Below are positions 29,718 through 40,066 of a stretch of 64,000 nt of DNA, one piece after another. The translations under genes were made by a program, and so were the position numbers. Numbering within the stretch: the stretch's first letter is position 1; the number at the start of each line of letters is the position of its first letter. Origin of the DNA: an uncultured beta proteobacterium (GTDB lineage: Bacteria > Pseudomonadota > Gammaproteobacteria > Burkholderiales > Burkholderiaceae_B); NCBI GenBank assembly GCA_903903735.1, contig CAIUZV010000391.1, forward strand, positions 5,626 to 69,625, given 5' to 3'. The notes below the pieces were generated by a model, which did not search any database, was not told the origin of the DNA, and saw only the letters and a list, made by a program, of their open reading frames with translations.

Positions 29718-31589
29718 ATGAAATATAGACCAGAGATCGATGGCTTACGTGCATTGGCAGTCCTGCCAGTTATTCTTTCGCATGCTGGGTTTCAAGCAGT
29801 AAGCGGCGGTTTTGTAGGTGTTGATGTTTTTTTTGTGATCAGCGGCTATCTGATCACGTCGATCATTTTGGCAGAGAAAGCAGCTAATACATTTTCCCTC
29901 ACTAATTTTTATGAGCGCAGAGCGCGGCGGATTCTTCCCGCTTTGTTTGTTGTGATGGTTTTTTGCTTACCGCTAGCCTGGTGGTTATTGTTGCCAGCCG
30001 ACTTGAAAAACTTCTCAAAAAGCGTAATCGCAGTTTCAACGTTCACCTCAAATTTTTTATTTTGGAGATGGAGCGGTTATTTTGACACGGCGTCTCAACT
30101 AAAGCCCCTCTTGCATACTTGGACCTTAGCGGTTGAAGAGCAATTCTATTTATTGTTTCCGTTATTTTTACTTTTGCTTTGGCGTGTGGGAAAGAGTCGA
30201 ATATTTATTGTTTTAACGGTGGCCGCCTTGTTAAGCTTTGGCTTAGGGCAGTACTTTTCAGTGAGCAGGCCTTTTTTCGCTTTCTATTTGCTTCCGACCC
30301 GCGGTTGGGAGTTGTTACTCGGGGTTTTGTTGGCTCTTTGGCAAAACTCGGTTGGCGATAACCGCACGGTTTCAGCCACTACCCTCAGCGCCTTAAGTTT
30401 TGTAGGTTTATTTGCCGTCTTGGGTTCGATATTTCTGTTTACCAAAGATGTCATTACTCCGAGCTTTTTTACGCTTATTCCAACACTAGGCACCGCCTTG
30501 ATAATCTTTGGTGCAAATCAAGGCAACATAGTCGGAAAACTCTTGTCAGCCAAGATACTTGTTCTGATCGGTTTGCTGAGTTACAGCGCCTATTTGTGGC
30601 ATCAGCCCCTGCTCGCTTTTGCCAGGCATCGATATGGTGATCTTTCTGATACTGTGCTCATTGCAATTGTTCTAGTGACTTTTTTATTGTCATTCCTCAG
30701 TTGGAAATTTATTGAAACACCAGTTAGAAATCAGAAAAAATTTAGCAGAGAATTTATCTTTAAGGGTACTGGAATTTGCAGTGCTATTTTTATTTGTATC
30801 GGTTTAGCGGGGTTGTTGACCAATGGCTTTTCGCAAAGATTTTCGATAGACGATAAAGAAATTGCAGAACTAGATGTATTTGAACAGTCGCGATATACCG
30901 ACAAAGTATTTCTCCAGCACGAACATAAAAATTTTGAAGACAACGGCAAACGGAAAATCCTGTTAATTGGCGATAGTTATGCTAGGGATATAGCCAACGT
31001 AGTTTTTGAGTCTAACTTAAAAAATAATCTTCAACTCTCAACACATCACATTGCGGTACTTTGTGGCAATCTATCACAAGGTTTTGATCTTAAAAAACTT
31101 ATACCAAAAGAACTCTTGCCAGGTTGCGTTCGCGATGGTTGGTATGAAGTCGCAGGAATTCAGCGTCAGTTAGTTGAGGCAGACGAAATCTGGTTGGCGT
31201 CTAAATGGCAGCCTTGGGTTGCACAAAAATTGCCTGAATCGGTAGAGCATTTAAAGTCAAAATACAATAAAAAAATCGTCGTCTTTGGAACTAAAGACTT
31301 TGGTGTGGTGAACGCTAAAAACCTGCTCGGCTCCGCTTATCTTGAGCGTATTACCTTGAGCAACGCAGTTTCTAAAGAAACCGAGCAAGTCAATCTACTG
31401 ATGCAAGCAAGCTTGCCATCGGGCGTCTTCATCAACTTATTGGGTATTTTTTGTAACCCGAAAAATGAATGCCGGCTTTTTGATGAGCAGGGAAAATTGG
31501 TGTCGTATGACGGCACCCACTTGACTGCGGCCGGTGCTAGACTGTTGGGGTCGAAGCTCCAACGTTACCCTGACTTGTTAAAAAAATAA
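29718..31589 (+). CDS. Acyltransferase_3 + SGNH fused O-acyltransferase (OafA/OafB-like)
   Basis: YRPEIDGLRALAV, GVDVFFVISGYLIT, HTWTLAVEEQFY, SYSAYLWHQP; SGNH motifs GDSYA and DGTH. Confidence 0.93.
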   Translation: MKYRPEIDGLRALAVLPVILSHAGFQAVSGGFVGVDVFFVISGYLITSIILAEKAANTFSLTNFYERRARRILPALFVVMVFCLPLAWWLLLPADLKNFSKSVIAVSTFTSNFLFWRWSGYFDTASQLKPLLHTWTLAVEEQFYLLFPLFLLLLWRVGKSRIFIVLTVAALLSFGLGQYFSVSRPFFAFYLLPTRGWELLLGVLLALWQNSVGDNRTVSATTLSALSFVGLFAVLGSIFLFTKDVITPSFFTLIPTLGTALIIFGANQGNIVGKLLSAKILVLIGLLSYSAYLWHQPLLAFARHRYGDLSDTVLIAIVLVTFLLSFLSWKFIETPVRNQKKFSREFIFKGTGICSAIFICIGLAGLLTNGFSQRFSIDDKEIAELDVFEQSRYTDKVFLQHEHKNFEDNGKRKILLIGDSYARDIANVVFESNLKNNLQLSTHHIAVLCGNLSQGFDLKKLIPKELLPGCVRDGWYEVAGIQRQLVEADEIWLASKWQPWVAQKLPESVEHLKSKYNKKIVVFGTKDFGVVNAKNLLGSAYLERITLSNAVSKETEQVNLLMQASLPSGVFINLLGIFCNPKNECRLFDEQGKLVSYDGTHLTAAGARLLGSKLQRYPDLLKK

Positions 31590-31684
31590 TTAAAGGCAAG
31601 TCTTTGTGACCAGTGCTGAAACTTACAGTTTGTATAGAGATATTTATCAGTAGTTCACAGGTTTTCGGCTTGTTGCGTGAGCAA

Positions 31685-32914
31685 TTATGCGGTGGGCTCG
31701 ATTTTTTTCGTTAAAAGATTCGTTGAATGGCGCAAGGCTTCACTGACAAATACGTCAGAAATACAAGGTACCGTAGTGATCAGCTCGCCGAGGTAGCGAC
31801 ACTGCCAATTACATCCAAAGCATTCCATTGGATAAGTCAGTGCTATCGGCATGACGCTACTTGCGTTGGACTCGATGTGATATGGCAAAAAGCGCCCGAA
31901 ATGCCCGCCACCTAGTATGCAAACTGAGGGTGTATCGGTAGCAGCTGCAATGTGAGTGGGCGAGGAGTCGTTAGTCACGACAAGAGCTGCGTGACGTATG
32001 ATTTCTACCAGTTCTGTCAGAGTTGTCAGTCCAGCAGTATTGGTTAAGTTTTTCATGTTCAAGTTTTGCGCTAGCCCTGCACAAAGCATCTGATCATCTT
32101 TGCCGCCGCATAGAACAAATTGAACATCGAATTGCTGATTGATCTGGCAGATCAATTCATGAAAATGCTGAATAGGCCACCTTTTGGGCTGCCATGACGC
32201 GCCCGGTGCAATCACGACATAAGGCTTCTCAAATATCAATTCCGACTTAAGTGTGGCCGTATGAGGTATGACTGGCAGGCTGCTTAGGAAATCATTGCAG
32301 CCAAGTTCCCGTACAAAATGCGCATTGATGTTGAGTTCCATCAAATAGTTCGTGTTAGTCACTACAAGTTTTGTGTACCAGCGGTCTGTAGTTGTTTTCA
32401 GGTGTTCTGAAATATTATTGGAATCGCCGTTATATCCGATTCTGTCAGGCGCAAAGCATGCTCTAGTGAAAAGATCACCTACAAACTCTCTCGAGAAAGT
32501 GGGTTGTATTGCGATTGCAAAGTTAGACCAACGCAGTTTAGTTAGTGTCCAAGCTCTATAAAGATAGTTTGTTCGTAACTCGTGAACATTGATACTAATA
32601 ACCTCATCCCAGTGAGGTAAGGACGATGCGAGGTCAGAGCAAGTGCTATTGACCGCAAGCGTAATTTTTTTATTTGGATAAAGGCGCCTATACGCTTGAG
32701 CTGAGTCAAGCCACAACACAAAGTCACCGATTAAATCTAACCTGATCAGTAAAACGCCGGTTCGTTTTTTATGGAAGGTCGGCAAATAATCTAAGAGCCA
32801 ATACCTTTCTGTGACGACCTCTACGGTAAATTTGATTGTGGCGTGGAACGCTCGATATGAGAAGTTCTTGAAGCGCCAAATAGCGGACTTAAGCTTGCGC
32901 TTGAGAATCTGCAC
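31685..32914 (-). CDS. Glycosyltransferase family 9
   Basis: IRLDLIGDFVL, APGASWQPKRWP, NDSSPTHIAAA, GGGHFGRF, CFGC. Confidence 0.88.
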   Translation of the reverse strand: MQILKRKLKSAIWRFKNFSYRAFHATIKFTVEVVTERYWLLDYLPTFHKKRTGVLLIRLDLIGDFVLWLDSAQAYRRLYPNKKITLAVNSTCSDLASSLPHWDEVISINVHELRTNYLYRAWTLTKLRWSNFAIAIQPTFSREFVGDLFTRACFAPDRIGYNGDSNNISEHLKTTTDRWYTKLVVTNTNYLMELNINAHFVRELGCNDFLSSLPVIPHTATLKSELIFEKPYVVIAPGASWQPKRWPIQHFHELICQINQQFDVQFVLCGGKDDQMLCAGLAQNLNMKNLTNTAGLTTLTELVEIIRHAALVVTNDSSPTHIAAATDTPSVCILGGGHFGRFLPYHIESNASSVMPIALTYPMECFGCNWQCRYLGELITTVPCISDVFVSEALRHSTNLLTKKIEPTA

Positions 32915-32916
32915 GA

Positions 32917-34755
32917 CTAGCCTTCACTTGAACCTATGCCAGCTAGACGCCTGAAGACTGGCGAGGCTTGCATGAGGTGGTCGTATTCTCCGTCAGCCAC
33001 GACCAAACCTCCGTCGAGCATGACGATGCGGTCACATGCCTGAATCGTGCGTAAGCGGTGTGCAATTAATATCATGGTGCATTGTTGACTTAGCTTTTGT
33101 ACCGCCTGCATGACCGCGTCTTCCGTCATGCCATCCAAAGCGCTCGTAGCCTCATCAAAAATCAGGACATCCGGTTGGTGATACAGAGCTCTTGCGATAC
33201 CAAGTCGTTGTCTTTGGCCGCCAGAGAGTTTGACGCCGCGCTCGCCTACAATTGTCTCGTAACTGTCCGGCAATAGATCAATAAATTCTTCCGCTTGCGC
33301 CATATGCGCAGCGCGTTTTACTGCAAGTACATCAATTTTCTCTTTAGGAATGCCAAGTGCGATATTTTCTGCAATCGACGCATTGGTAAGAAATACGCCT
33401 TGCGGTACATAGCCTACACGCCTGCGCCAAGATCGCTCGTTCTCTTCGGTTAACAGTACGCCATCGACAGTGATATTGCCTGAGCGGGGCTGATATAGAC
33501 CTAAAATCACATCGGCGAGGGTTGTCTTGCCCGAGCCGGTTTTACCAACAAAGCCAATGCTCTGATTCTTTAAAATCGTGAGCGAAACACCGTTTAAAGA
33601 GGGCGTATGAGCCGTTGGGTATTGAAAAATAATATCAGACAGTACAAGCGAGTGGTTAAAAGCTAACGGCTTAGCGTCGATCGTTTGGACAGGGAGCGCA
33701 ATATGACTGCGAACGGTCTTTAGATCGAGCACTAACGACTCGACGGCTTTAGTGTGATACTTAATCGTGATGGCAGCAGCAAAAAATTGCTGAAAAATTG
33801 GCACAAGACGATTACCTGCAAGAGCATAAAGTGCCAAAGATGGCACCGCTGCGGTGCCTTCGCCCTTTAATACAAAGGCGAGAGTCACTGCCACGATGCC
33901 GGCGTAGGCGATCACTTCAATGACGTAGCGCGGCAGTGCCGCCGCCAGCAGGTTTTGGGCCTGTGTCTTGACCAGAGTGCTTAATGCCTGATTGTAGCTA
34001 GTCGTAGAGGTGGATTCTCTTCCAAGAACGCGCAATTCTTTGATGCCAGCAAATCCTTCGAGCGTTGCGCGGCCCAGTGCAACACTGGACTCGACCATCT
34101 TGGCGCCAAGTCGTGATTGCCGGACCCTAATGAGGCGATAGACAATCATGTAGCCGCCGCCTAAGACGACGACGGTGCCTAGTGCAACGAGTGGGTCAAC
34201 AATAACAATAAAGCTGATCAACACAAAACCGCTCAAGCCTTTTGCGACCACCCCTAGTAGTGATGCGAGGAAGCCACCTAATGCAGACTCTACATCGCTA
34301 CCTAATACACGGCTGAGGGACGCGGTGTCTCGTTCCAGATGAAAAGAGTACGGGAGACGCATAAAGCCAGCAAATAACTCTGATGAAAGTGCTTGTCGAG
34401 CCTTCGCGATATAACGCGTTTGTACCCATAAGTTGGCCGCGCTTACCGCATTTCCTAATGCCAAGACGCAAATCGTGAGACCACCTGCAGCGACGACAGC
34501 GCCTTGTTGGGTATGAATGCCTATCGCCGTCGTGAATTGTTCAATCCAGACGTAGCGCGTGATAATGCCCGGATCCATGACAATGGCCATGAAAGGTAAG
34601 ATTGAGGCGACGCTTGCGGTCTCAAAGAGCGCAGAAAATAGGCTCACGCATACAACCCCGTAGAGACCTTTGCGGCTAGACGGAGGGAGAATCAGATAAA
34701 GCTGCCTAAACGGACGCAGTATTGTTTGAAAAATATTCACAAGAACGGTTGTCAA
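32917..34755 (-). CDS. ABC transporter permease/ATP-binding fusion, PglK/MsbA-like glycolipid flippase
   Basis: N-terminal TM domain; GKTGSGKT, GYVPQ, LSGGQRQRLGIARAL, DEATSALD, AHRL. Confidence 0.88.
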   Translation of the reverse strand: MTTVLVNIFQTILRPFRQLYLILPPSSRKGLYGVVCVSLFSALFETASVASILPFMAIVMDPGIITRYVWIEQFTTAIGIHTQQGAVVAAGGLTICVLALGNAVSAANLWVQTRYIAKARQALSSELFAGFMRLPYSFHLERDTASLSRVLGSDVESALGGFLASLLGVVAKGLSGFVLISFIVIVDPLVALGTVVVLGGGYMIVYRLIRVRQSRLGAKMVESSVALGRATLEGFAGIKELRVLGRESTSTTSYNQALSTLVKTQAQNLLAAALPRYVIEVIAYAGIVAVTLAFVLKGEGTAAVPSLALYALAGNRLVPIFQQFFAAAITIKYHTKAVESLVLDLKTVRSHIALPVQTIDAKPLAFNHSLVLSDIIFQYPTAHTPSLNGVSLTILKNQSIGFVGKTGSGKTTLADVILGLYQPRSGNITVDGVLLTEENERSWRRRVGYVPQGVFLTNASIAENIALGIPKEKIDVLAVKRAAHMAQAEEFIDLLPDSYETIVGERGVKLSGGQRQRLGIARALYHQPDVLIFDEATSALDGMTEDAVMQAVQKLSQQCTMILIAHRLRTIQACDRIVMLDGGLVVADGEYDHLMQASPVFRRLAGIGSSEG

Positions 34756-34858
34756 GCCATATTGGTTAGCGTCATCGCTGCAATCAAAATATTAGATATA
34801 TTGCCATTATTGTACTTTGGTATCTACGAAAATCTTAGAGGGAAGCTTGATCTGTGAC

Positions 34859-36760
34859 TCAAGGTTTCGTAGCATGTTTGTTCCACTCGTCAAACTTCTC
34901 AAACACCACGCGAGCGCCGAAGTCTGTAAGGTGGGTTGGATCCCGATAAATGAGATGCCCAGATTTAGTATGGCCATCGAAACAACTTATTTGACCGCAA
35001 CCTGCATCAATTAAAACTTGGGACTGGTTAAACACCCTAAAGTTTTGATTCTTGCTTAGCTCAGCTAATGCTTTCTCCCAAGGTTGATTGACTAAGGGAT
35101 CGAATAAAACCACTGAATTTTTTGAGTTTTGCTGTAGTACGCCAGCTTTCTTGGGGTCATACTTTAAGCGTACTCTTGGCTCAAATAAGACGACACGCGC
35201 ATTGGACTTAAGCAATGCCTCAACCAACTGCTTGAATTCATCCACTTCAGTGGCGGTGTGCAACTCTCCCGCACTTACTAATAAATAGGTTGTGAAGGTA
35301 TTTTTACGTGCTAAATCAAGTAATAACGAACGTGATTGGCTGCAGCGCTTATTACTAGGTGAATCTTTAAAGTTAGATAAATACCCGCACCCCAACACTG
35401 AAAACATCGAGCCATTCAATCGATGTGCGTTTAAATAGTTTGTGAATGTATTTCCAAAATCACCTGTGTGGGAATCACCCACAATCAACATATTTTGGGG
35501 CTCATCTGGAAAGCTCGCGACACGGCAAGGTTTCATAACGTCTGTATAGCACTGCTGATCATTCAGCCCATGAAATTTGTAATTAATCCAACTGGTTTGA
35601 AAATAGTTTTTGGGGAGGTGATTCAGACGATACAAATAACCGCCAGTGTGTTTGACGACAAAGAAAAACAGGATGAAGGCGCAACTGCAAAAGCCCAAGA
35701 ACCACCAAAAGCTTCTTTTTGGCGAAATCGTGCCGATGCGCCAAATCGGTTCGATAAAGCGCCAGGTCAGGTAGCCAAAACCAAAAGAGCAAAGAATGAG
35801 TATCCAGGTGAGGTTAATACTTAGTGGTTCAAGTTCGCGCAGACGAAAGAATGCAAACAGCGGCTGATGCCATAGATAGGCACTGTAGCTGACAAGACCA
35901 ATAATGACTAATGGCTTGGCCCCTAGGGCTTTACCCACGACAGTCTGTTGCGTTGAAAAAATGAGTAAAAGTGCCGTACCAAAAACCGGGACAAATGCCC
36001 AAAGGCCAGGATAAAAATAAGTCTTCTTAAAAAAAAGAATCGAATAAATAGTGAGAGCTAAGCCAAATAAGCTGACTGTTTCTGTGATGAATCTGTTGTC
36101 TTTTATTTTTGAGTAATAGCTTGATAAGACAACTAATGCAGCCATTGCGCCAATGATGAATTCCCATATTCTTGTGGGCAACAGAAAAAAAGCAAAAGTG
36201 GGCTTGAAAATACTCGACCATACCGAGAGCGCGAAGCTAGCAATGCCGAGCGTTAGCAAAACGGCAATGCCAATGCTTTTAGTTAACCGCTGGGTGATGA
36301 CCAGTAGGACGGGAAATAAAAAATAGAATTGCTCTTCAACAGCAAGGCTCCAGGTGTGCAACAGGGGCCTAAATTCTGCACTTGTTGAAAAATATCCACT
36401 ATCGTTCCAAAAAAAGAAATTTGAACCGAAGAACAAGACAGATAATAGACTTTTGGAAAACTCGGTTAACTCACCTGGTAGCATCCATAGCCAGGCAAAA
36501 ACCATAGAGACGAGCAAAACGGTAAACAGAGCAGGGAGCAATCGACGTGCGCGGCGTTCATAAAAAGCTTTAAAACTAAAATGCCCCGTCTTGTGGTCTT
36601 GGATAATAATCGATGTAATTAAAAAGCCGCTGATCACAAAAAAAATATCGACGCCGACATAGCCGCCTTCAAAGTTCTTAAAACCGGCATGAAATAGAAC
36701 AATCGATAAAACGGCTAGGGCTCGCAACCCGTCGATTTCTTTGCGATAAGTGAGCTTCAT
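34859..36760 (-). CDS. Acyltransferase_3 + SGNH fused O-acyltransferase (OafA/OafB-like)
   Basis: YRKEIDGLRALAV, HTWSLAVEEQFY, GDSHT, DPTH. Start at ATG 36760; alternative 36799. Confidence 0.93.
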   Translation of the reverse strand: MKLTYRKEIDGLRALAVLSIVLFHAGFKNFEGGYVGVDIFFVISGFLITSIIIQDHKTGHFSFKAFYERRARRLLPALFTVLLVSMVFAWLWMLPGELTEFSKSLLSVLFFGSNFFFWNDSGYFSTSAEFRPLLHTWSLAVEEQFYFLFPVLLVITQRLTKSIGIAVLLTLGIASFALSVWSSIFKPTFAFFLLPTRIWEFIIGAMAALVVLSSYYSKIKDNRFITETVSLFGLALTIYSILFFKKTYFYPGLWAFVPVFGTALLLIFSTQQTVVGKALGAKPLVIIGLVSYSAYLWHQPLFAFFRLRELEPLSINLTWILILCSFGFGYLTWRFIEPIWRIGTISPKRSFWWFLGFCSCAFILFFFVVKHTGGYLYRLNHLPKNYFQTSWINYKFHGLNDQQCYTDVMKPCRVASFPDEPQNMLIVGDSHTGDFGNTFTNYLNAHRLNGSMFSVLGCGYLSNFKDSPSNKRCSQSRSLLLDLARKNTFTTYLLVSAGELHTATEVDEFKQLVEALLKSNARVVLFEPRVRLKYDPKKAGVLQQNSKNSVVLFDPLVNQPWEKALAELSKNQNFRVFNQSQVLIDAGCGQISCFDGHTKSGHLIYRDPTHLTDFGARVVFEKFDEWNKHATKP

Positions 36761-36890
36761 GGGTTCTTTAGGTAAATCGCGATGAGACTTCCAAGACAAC
36801 CCAATTTTAGGCGAAGAGAGCTATCGGTAGCGAAATATATCGTAAGGAATATCTTAAACTGAGGGCCTATTTAAACGGAATCACGAGCAT

Positions 36891-38273
36891 ATGGTGCGGA
36901 CTAGCGAACAAGTTTTAAAGCTCTTAACCCTGGTCGGTTTTATTGTGATCGGCTTGGCAGGAGTTTATGCAGCACGAGGTATGTATTCTGACGGTGCTTA
37001 CTGGCTAGTTGAGATGTTACCGCGTGGTGGGTTCTACATCTTTGATCCGCATCGGGCGCATGTACAAGTCTTGGTTCAGGCGCCGGTGGCTTTCGCAATC
37101 TGGTTAGGGACATTAGATTTAAATTTTCTAATTCGATTGCACAGTGTTGGATTCATATGCGTCCCACTTGCATTCTGGTTGGGTGCGTTGGCCCTGCAAA
37201 TGAAAAGTCGACTCTTTTGGCTTTTTTTGCTGGCTTTTACAGTTTCATATTTGCGCTCAAATTTTTTTGCGGCAGGTGAGTTTAGTTCAGCCTATGCAAT
37301 GACTGCTTTTTGTGCGTCCGTGCTGTTGCGTCCAAAAGTGACGATTTCCCAAGCACTATCGATGCTGGTCACTGCAGGGTTATTAGTAAAGTCCTATGAG
37401 GCAACGCTATTTTTAGGTTCCTTTCTGATCGGCTTAACTACCTTACGTCTCTTTAAAGAGTTGCAAGATGAACGAGCGACTCGAATCCTCTTTAAGCTTT
37501 CAATTTTTTTGTTTTTATGGGCTGCATACATTGGGGCTCGTTCGACGTTTTTTCAGCGAGCATATGATGGGAAAGGCGCAGCGAACTTAGGGGCATTGAC
37601 GGAGCTGCATTTACTCTACTTGATGGTGATTCCCGCGCTAATCGGATGGATGTTCACTAAGTATGCCCGTTCAACTCGCCGGTGGCTAGGGATGGGTATC
37701 GTAGTGTTGGCGGGCATCTATGTAATCTATAGCTTGCGCTGGGATCCCAGCAATATAAGTTATGGCTACTACAGTTACGCATACAGAGCGCTATGCTGTT
37801 TTCTATTGATTGGCGTTTTATCTTTGGCGGCGCTCATACGCTTTTGGCCAAATTTTTTTACCAATGCAGCCTCGGCGGAGACATCCTTTTATATACAGAT
37901 AGCCGCAATCGCCTTTTTTGGTTCGATGGCGTGGTTAATGCTGCACCACACCTACGGATATTACAAATGGGCACAGCGGTTTGAGCGCGTTGCGGTCGAG
38001 TTGCGTGTGAATACGCCTATCGATAAGACCGCAATCAATACCATTCACGGCTTAACTTATGGCTACAACTGGATGTGGGGCAATCCCTCAACGAGTATTT
38101 TGTTACGAGGCAACGCTGAAGCCATTGTTCTGAACAACAGTATATACATGGGACAAGAGCAAAGTATTTATGAAAATTTAAAGGCTTCAGACTCTAAGGA
38201 ATCAGGCCTGCCATCAAAGATCGACCTCTATCCATTGAAGCCTTACATCAAGCCCTCTCTTCTCTTTCCGTAA
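36891..38273 (+). CDS. Uncharacterised polytopic membrane protein (possible GT-C-like)
   Basis: About 11 TMs; RGMYSDGAYW directly after TM1; KSYE; soluble C-terminal tail. No family recognised with confidence. Confidence 0.5.
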   Translation: MVRTSEQVLKLLTLVGFIVIGLAGVYAARGMYSDGAYWLVEMLPRGGFYIFDPHRAHVQVLVQAPVAFAIWLGTLDLNFLIRLHSVGFICVPLAFWLGALALQMKSRLFWLFLLAFTVSYLRSNFFAAGEFSSAYAMTAFCASVLLRPKVTISQALSMLVTAGLLVKSYEATLFLGSFLIGLTTLRLFKELQDERATRILFKLSIFLFLWAAYIGARSTFFQRAYDGKGAANLGALTELHLLYLMVIPALIGWMFTKYARSTRRWLGMGIVVLAGIYVIYSLRWDPSNISYGYYSYAYRALCCFLLIGVLSLAALIRFWPNFFTNAASAETSFYIQIAAIAFFGSMAWLMLHHTYGYYKWAQRFERVAVELRVNTPIDKTAINTIHGLTYGYNWMWGNPSTSILLRGNAEAIVLNNSIYMGQEQSIYENLKASDSKESGLPSKIDLYPLKPYIKPSLLFP

Positions 38274-38362
38274 ACTTAGCGAAAACTTTTACTCAAAATA
38301 ACGTTGTAGTTGAGCTATGTGATGTTTTAGCATAGCTAGGCTTCATATTCACTTTGGCTGCA

Positions 38363-40066
38363 TTAGTTCGCCATAAGTTTGAAAATTGTAGAAACTTCTC
38401 TTCCGTCAACAATGATGCTGTGAAATTTCTTATAGTTTTGTGGTGGCCCCGTAAATCGCGATCCATCATAAAAACGATAATTTGTGATCAGATAGTCGGG
38501 CGGCGCGCTGCCTGAATCAGTATTAAGTCTGCTGCGTTCAACTGAGCCAAGTAGGCCGACAGATTGGACTAAGGATGTCGCTCCGATGGGGGCAATTGTG
38601 ATGGTGGGCCGTGTGTCGTGACGTAGGACGTATCGCAGCAAATCTGCATTGGTTACACCCCAGTAATCCCATTCTAAATCTGGCTGGGATGGTTTTGAAA
38701 CGAGTTGATTGAAATACAAGTATTGATAGGGATGCCAACGTATCATCCAGACCATATTAAGACCAATCTGCAGAACGATGGCCCAAGTGAAAAGATGAAC
38801 GATAGCGCGTCCGACAAATTTCTTAGATAACAAAAGTTGTGCGCCCATTGCCGCAAGTAAGACGATGCCGGGATACACAAAGTAAAGTTGTCGCCAGCCA
38901 TCATACAAAGTAGAGTTCAATAAACCAGTGATGACTAACGGCCCGACCGCGATACCTGCGATTAAAGTACTTTGTAAATTGTTTGTATTGCGCAAATACT
39001 GAAACGGCGACGATATAAACTGAAATGCCACTCGGCCAAACCCCAAAACTGCCAATGCTCCAAAAAGTAGGGGGGTCGTGAAGGCAATCCAAACTACGGA
39101 GTAATGCCAAGGTAGGTTTTTGGCAGAAACAAACTGCCCCAGATACAAGTTGTAGTTATCCCATCGGAAGCGCGCCATGTTTCGGTACGCTTGCAGGAGG
39201 TGGGCGATAGGTGACTCCCACAGCCACGGCCACAGGGCATAAGCGATAACTACCGCACTAATAAAATAGGCGAATGCAAGTATCAAACAGTGTTTAAACG
39301 ATATTTTTTTATAGGCGAGCAGGATGAAAAGCGTGAATCCTGTCAATACTAAGAAAATGAGTCCTGGTAGGCGCACTGTTAGAGCAACCGCAGTTGCCAA
39401 ACCATGCAGGACTGCGCTGCGCCACGTTAACATCGAAGTCATGCGCGAGCCCGTATAGAGGCATATCGCAAATAAAGACATAAAAACAATATCTTTATTA
39501 TTATAAAAAGCTTCGCCGTAAATCCTCGGGCTCGTGATCAGAATGGTGCTAGCCAAAAGACCAATTCGCCAATCATCGAACTGGCTAGCGGCAACTTTAT
39601 AAATTGAGAGGGCGCCAGCAAAAAAAATGGCGAAAGTTAAAAAATGCCTCAGCAAATACTGCTGGCGACTATCATTGATAGAAAAGATGCGTTCAATAAC
39701 CAGCGCAGGCAAATCAAACGACACACCATAATCCCGATCTCGATATTGCATGAGTGGAATGTCTTGCGCGGCAAGTACTGGGTCAAGAGAGAGTAGGGGT
39801 AGTTGCAGTTTCTCAAGAGCATAGCGCAGGCTAACAGCGCCGTTAGTGCGGCTAACATGCTCATCAAACGAAATGCCATAGTCGGGGAATGTGAATAACC
39901 CGACTAGAAAGAAAATGACGAAATATCCGATAACAATATGTCGCTGGCTTTCAAGAACCTTAAGGCGGATAGGATTATTCAAATTATCGCTACGAGATAG
40001 AGGTCGGTTCAGCAAACTGTAACTAGATTGCAGTGTTAGGACTAATCGTTGGACTGCATTAGACAC
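38363..40066 (-). CDS. GT-C glycosyltransferase (ArnT/PMT-like, GT39/GT83 type)
   Basis: DYGISFDE after TM1, SPRIYGEAFYNNKD, LPWHY, YDGWRQ, DYWG. Confidence 0.78.
   Translation of the reverse strand: MSNAVQRLVLTLQSSYSLLNRPLSRSDNLNNPIRLKVLESQRHIVIGYFVIFFLVGLFTFPDYGISFDEHVSRTNGAVSLRYALEKLQLPLLSLDPVLAAQDIPLMQYRDRDYGVSFDLPALVIERIFSINDSRQQYLLRHFLTFAIFFAGALSIYKVAASQFDDWRIGLLASTILITSPRIYGEAFYNNKDIVFMSLFAICLYTGSRMTSMLTWRSAVLHGLATAVALTVRLPGLIFLVLTGFTLFILLAYKKISFKHCLILAFAYFISAVVIAYALWPWLWESPIAHLLQAYRNMARFRWDNYNLYLGQFVSAKNLPWHYSVVWIAFTTPLLFGALAVLGFGRVAFQFISSPFQYLRNTNNLQSTLIAGIAVGPLVITGLLNSTLYDGWRQLYFVYPGIVLLAAMGAQLLLSKKFVGRAIVHLFTWAIVLQIGLNMVWMIRWHPYQYLYFNQLVSKPSQPDLEWDYWGVTNADLLRYVLRHDTRPTITIAPIGATSLVQSVGLLGSVERSRLNTDSGSAPPDYLITNYRFYDGSRFTGPPQNYKKFHSIIVDGREVSTIFKLMAN

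Noticed and set aside
23451-31694. Identical 10-mer ttatgcggtg at the 3' ends of two minus-strand genes
   Set aside because: The match barely extends further and both simply encode Thr-Ala-stop; probably coincidence.
27842-38362. Integron cassette array as an explanation for the single-gene inserts
   Set aside because: No integrase and no RYYYAAC...GTTRRRY attC-like palindromes were seen after the genes, and orientations are mixed.
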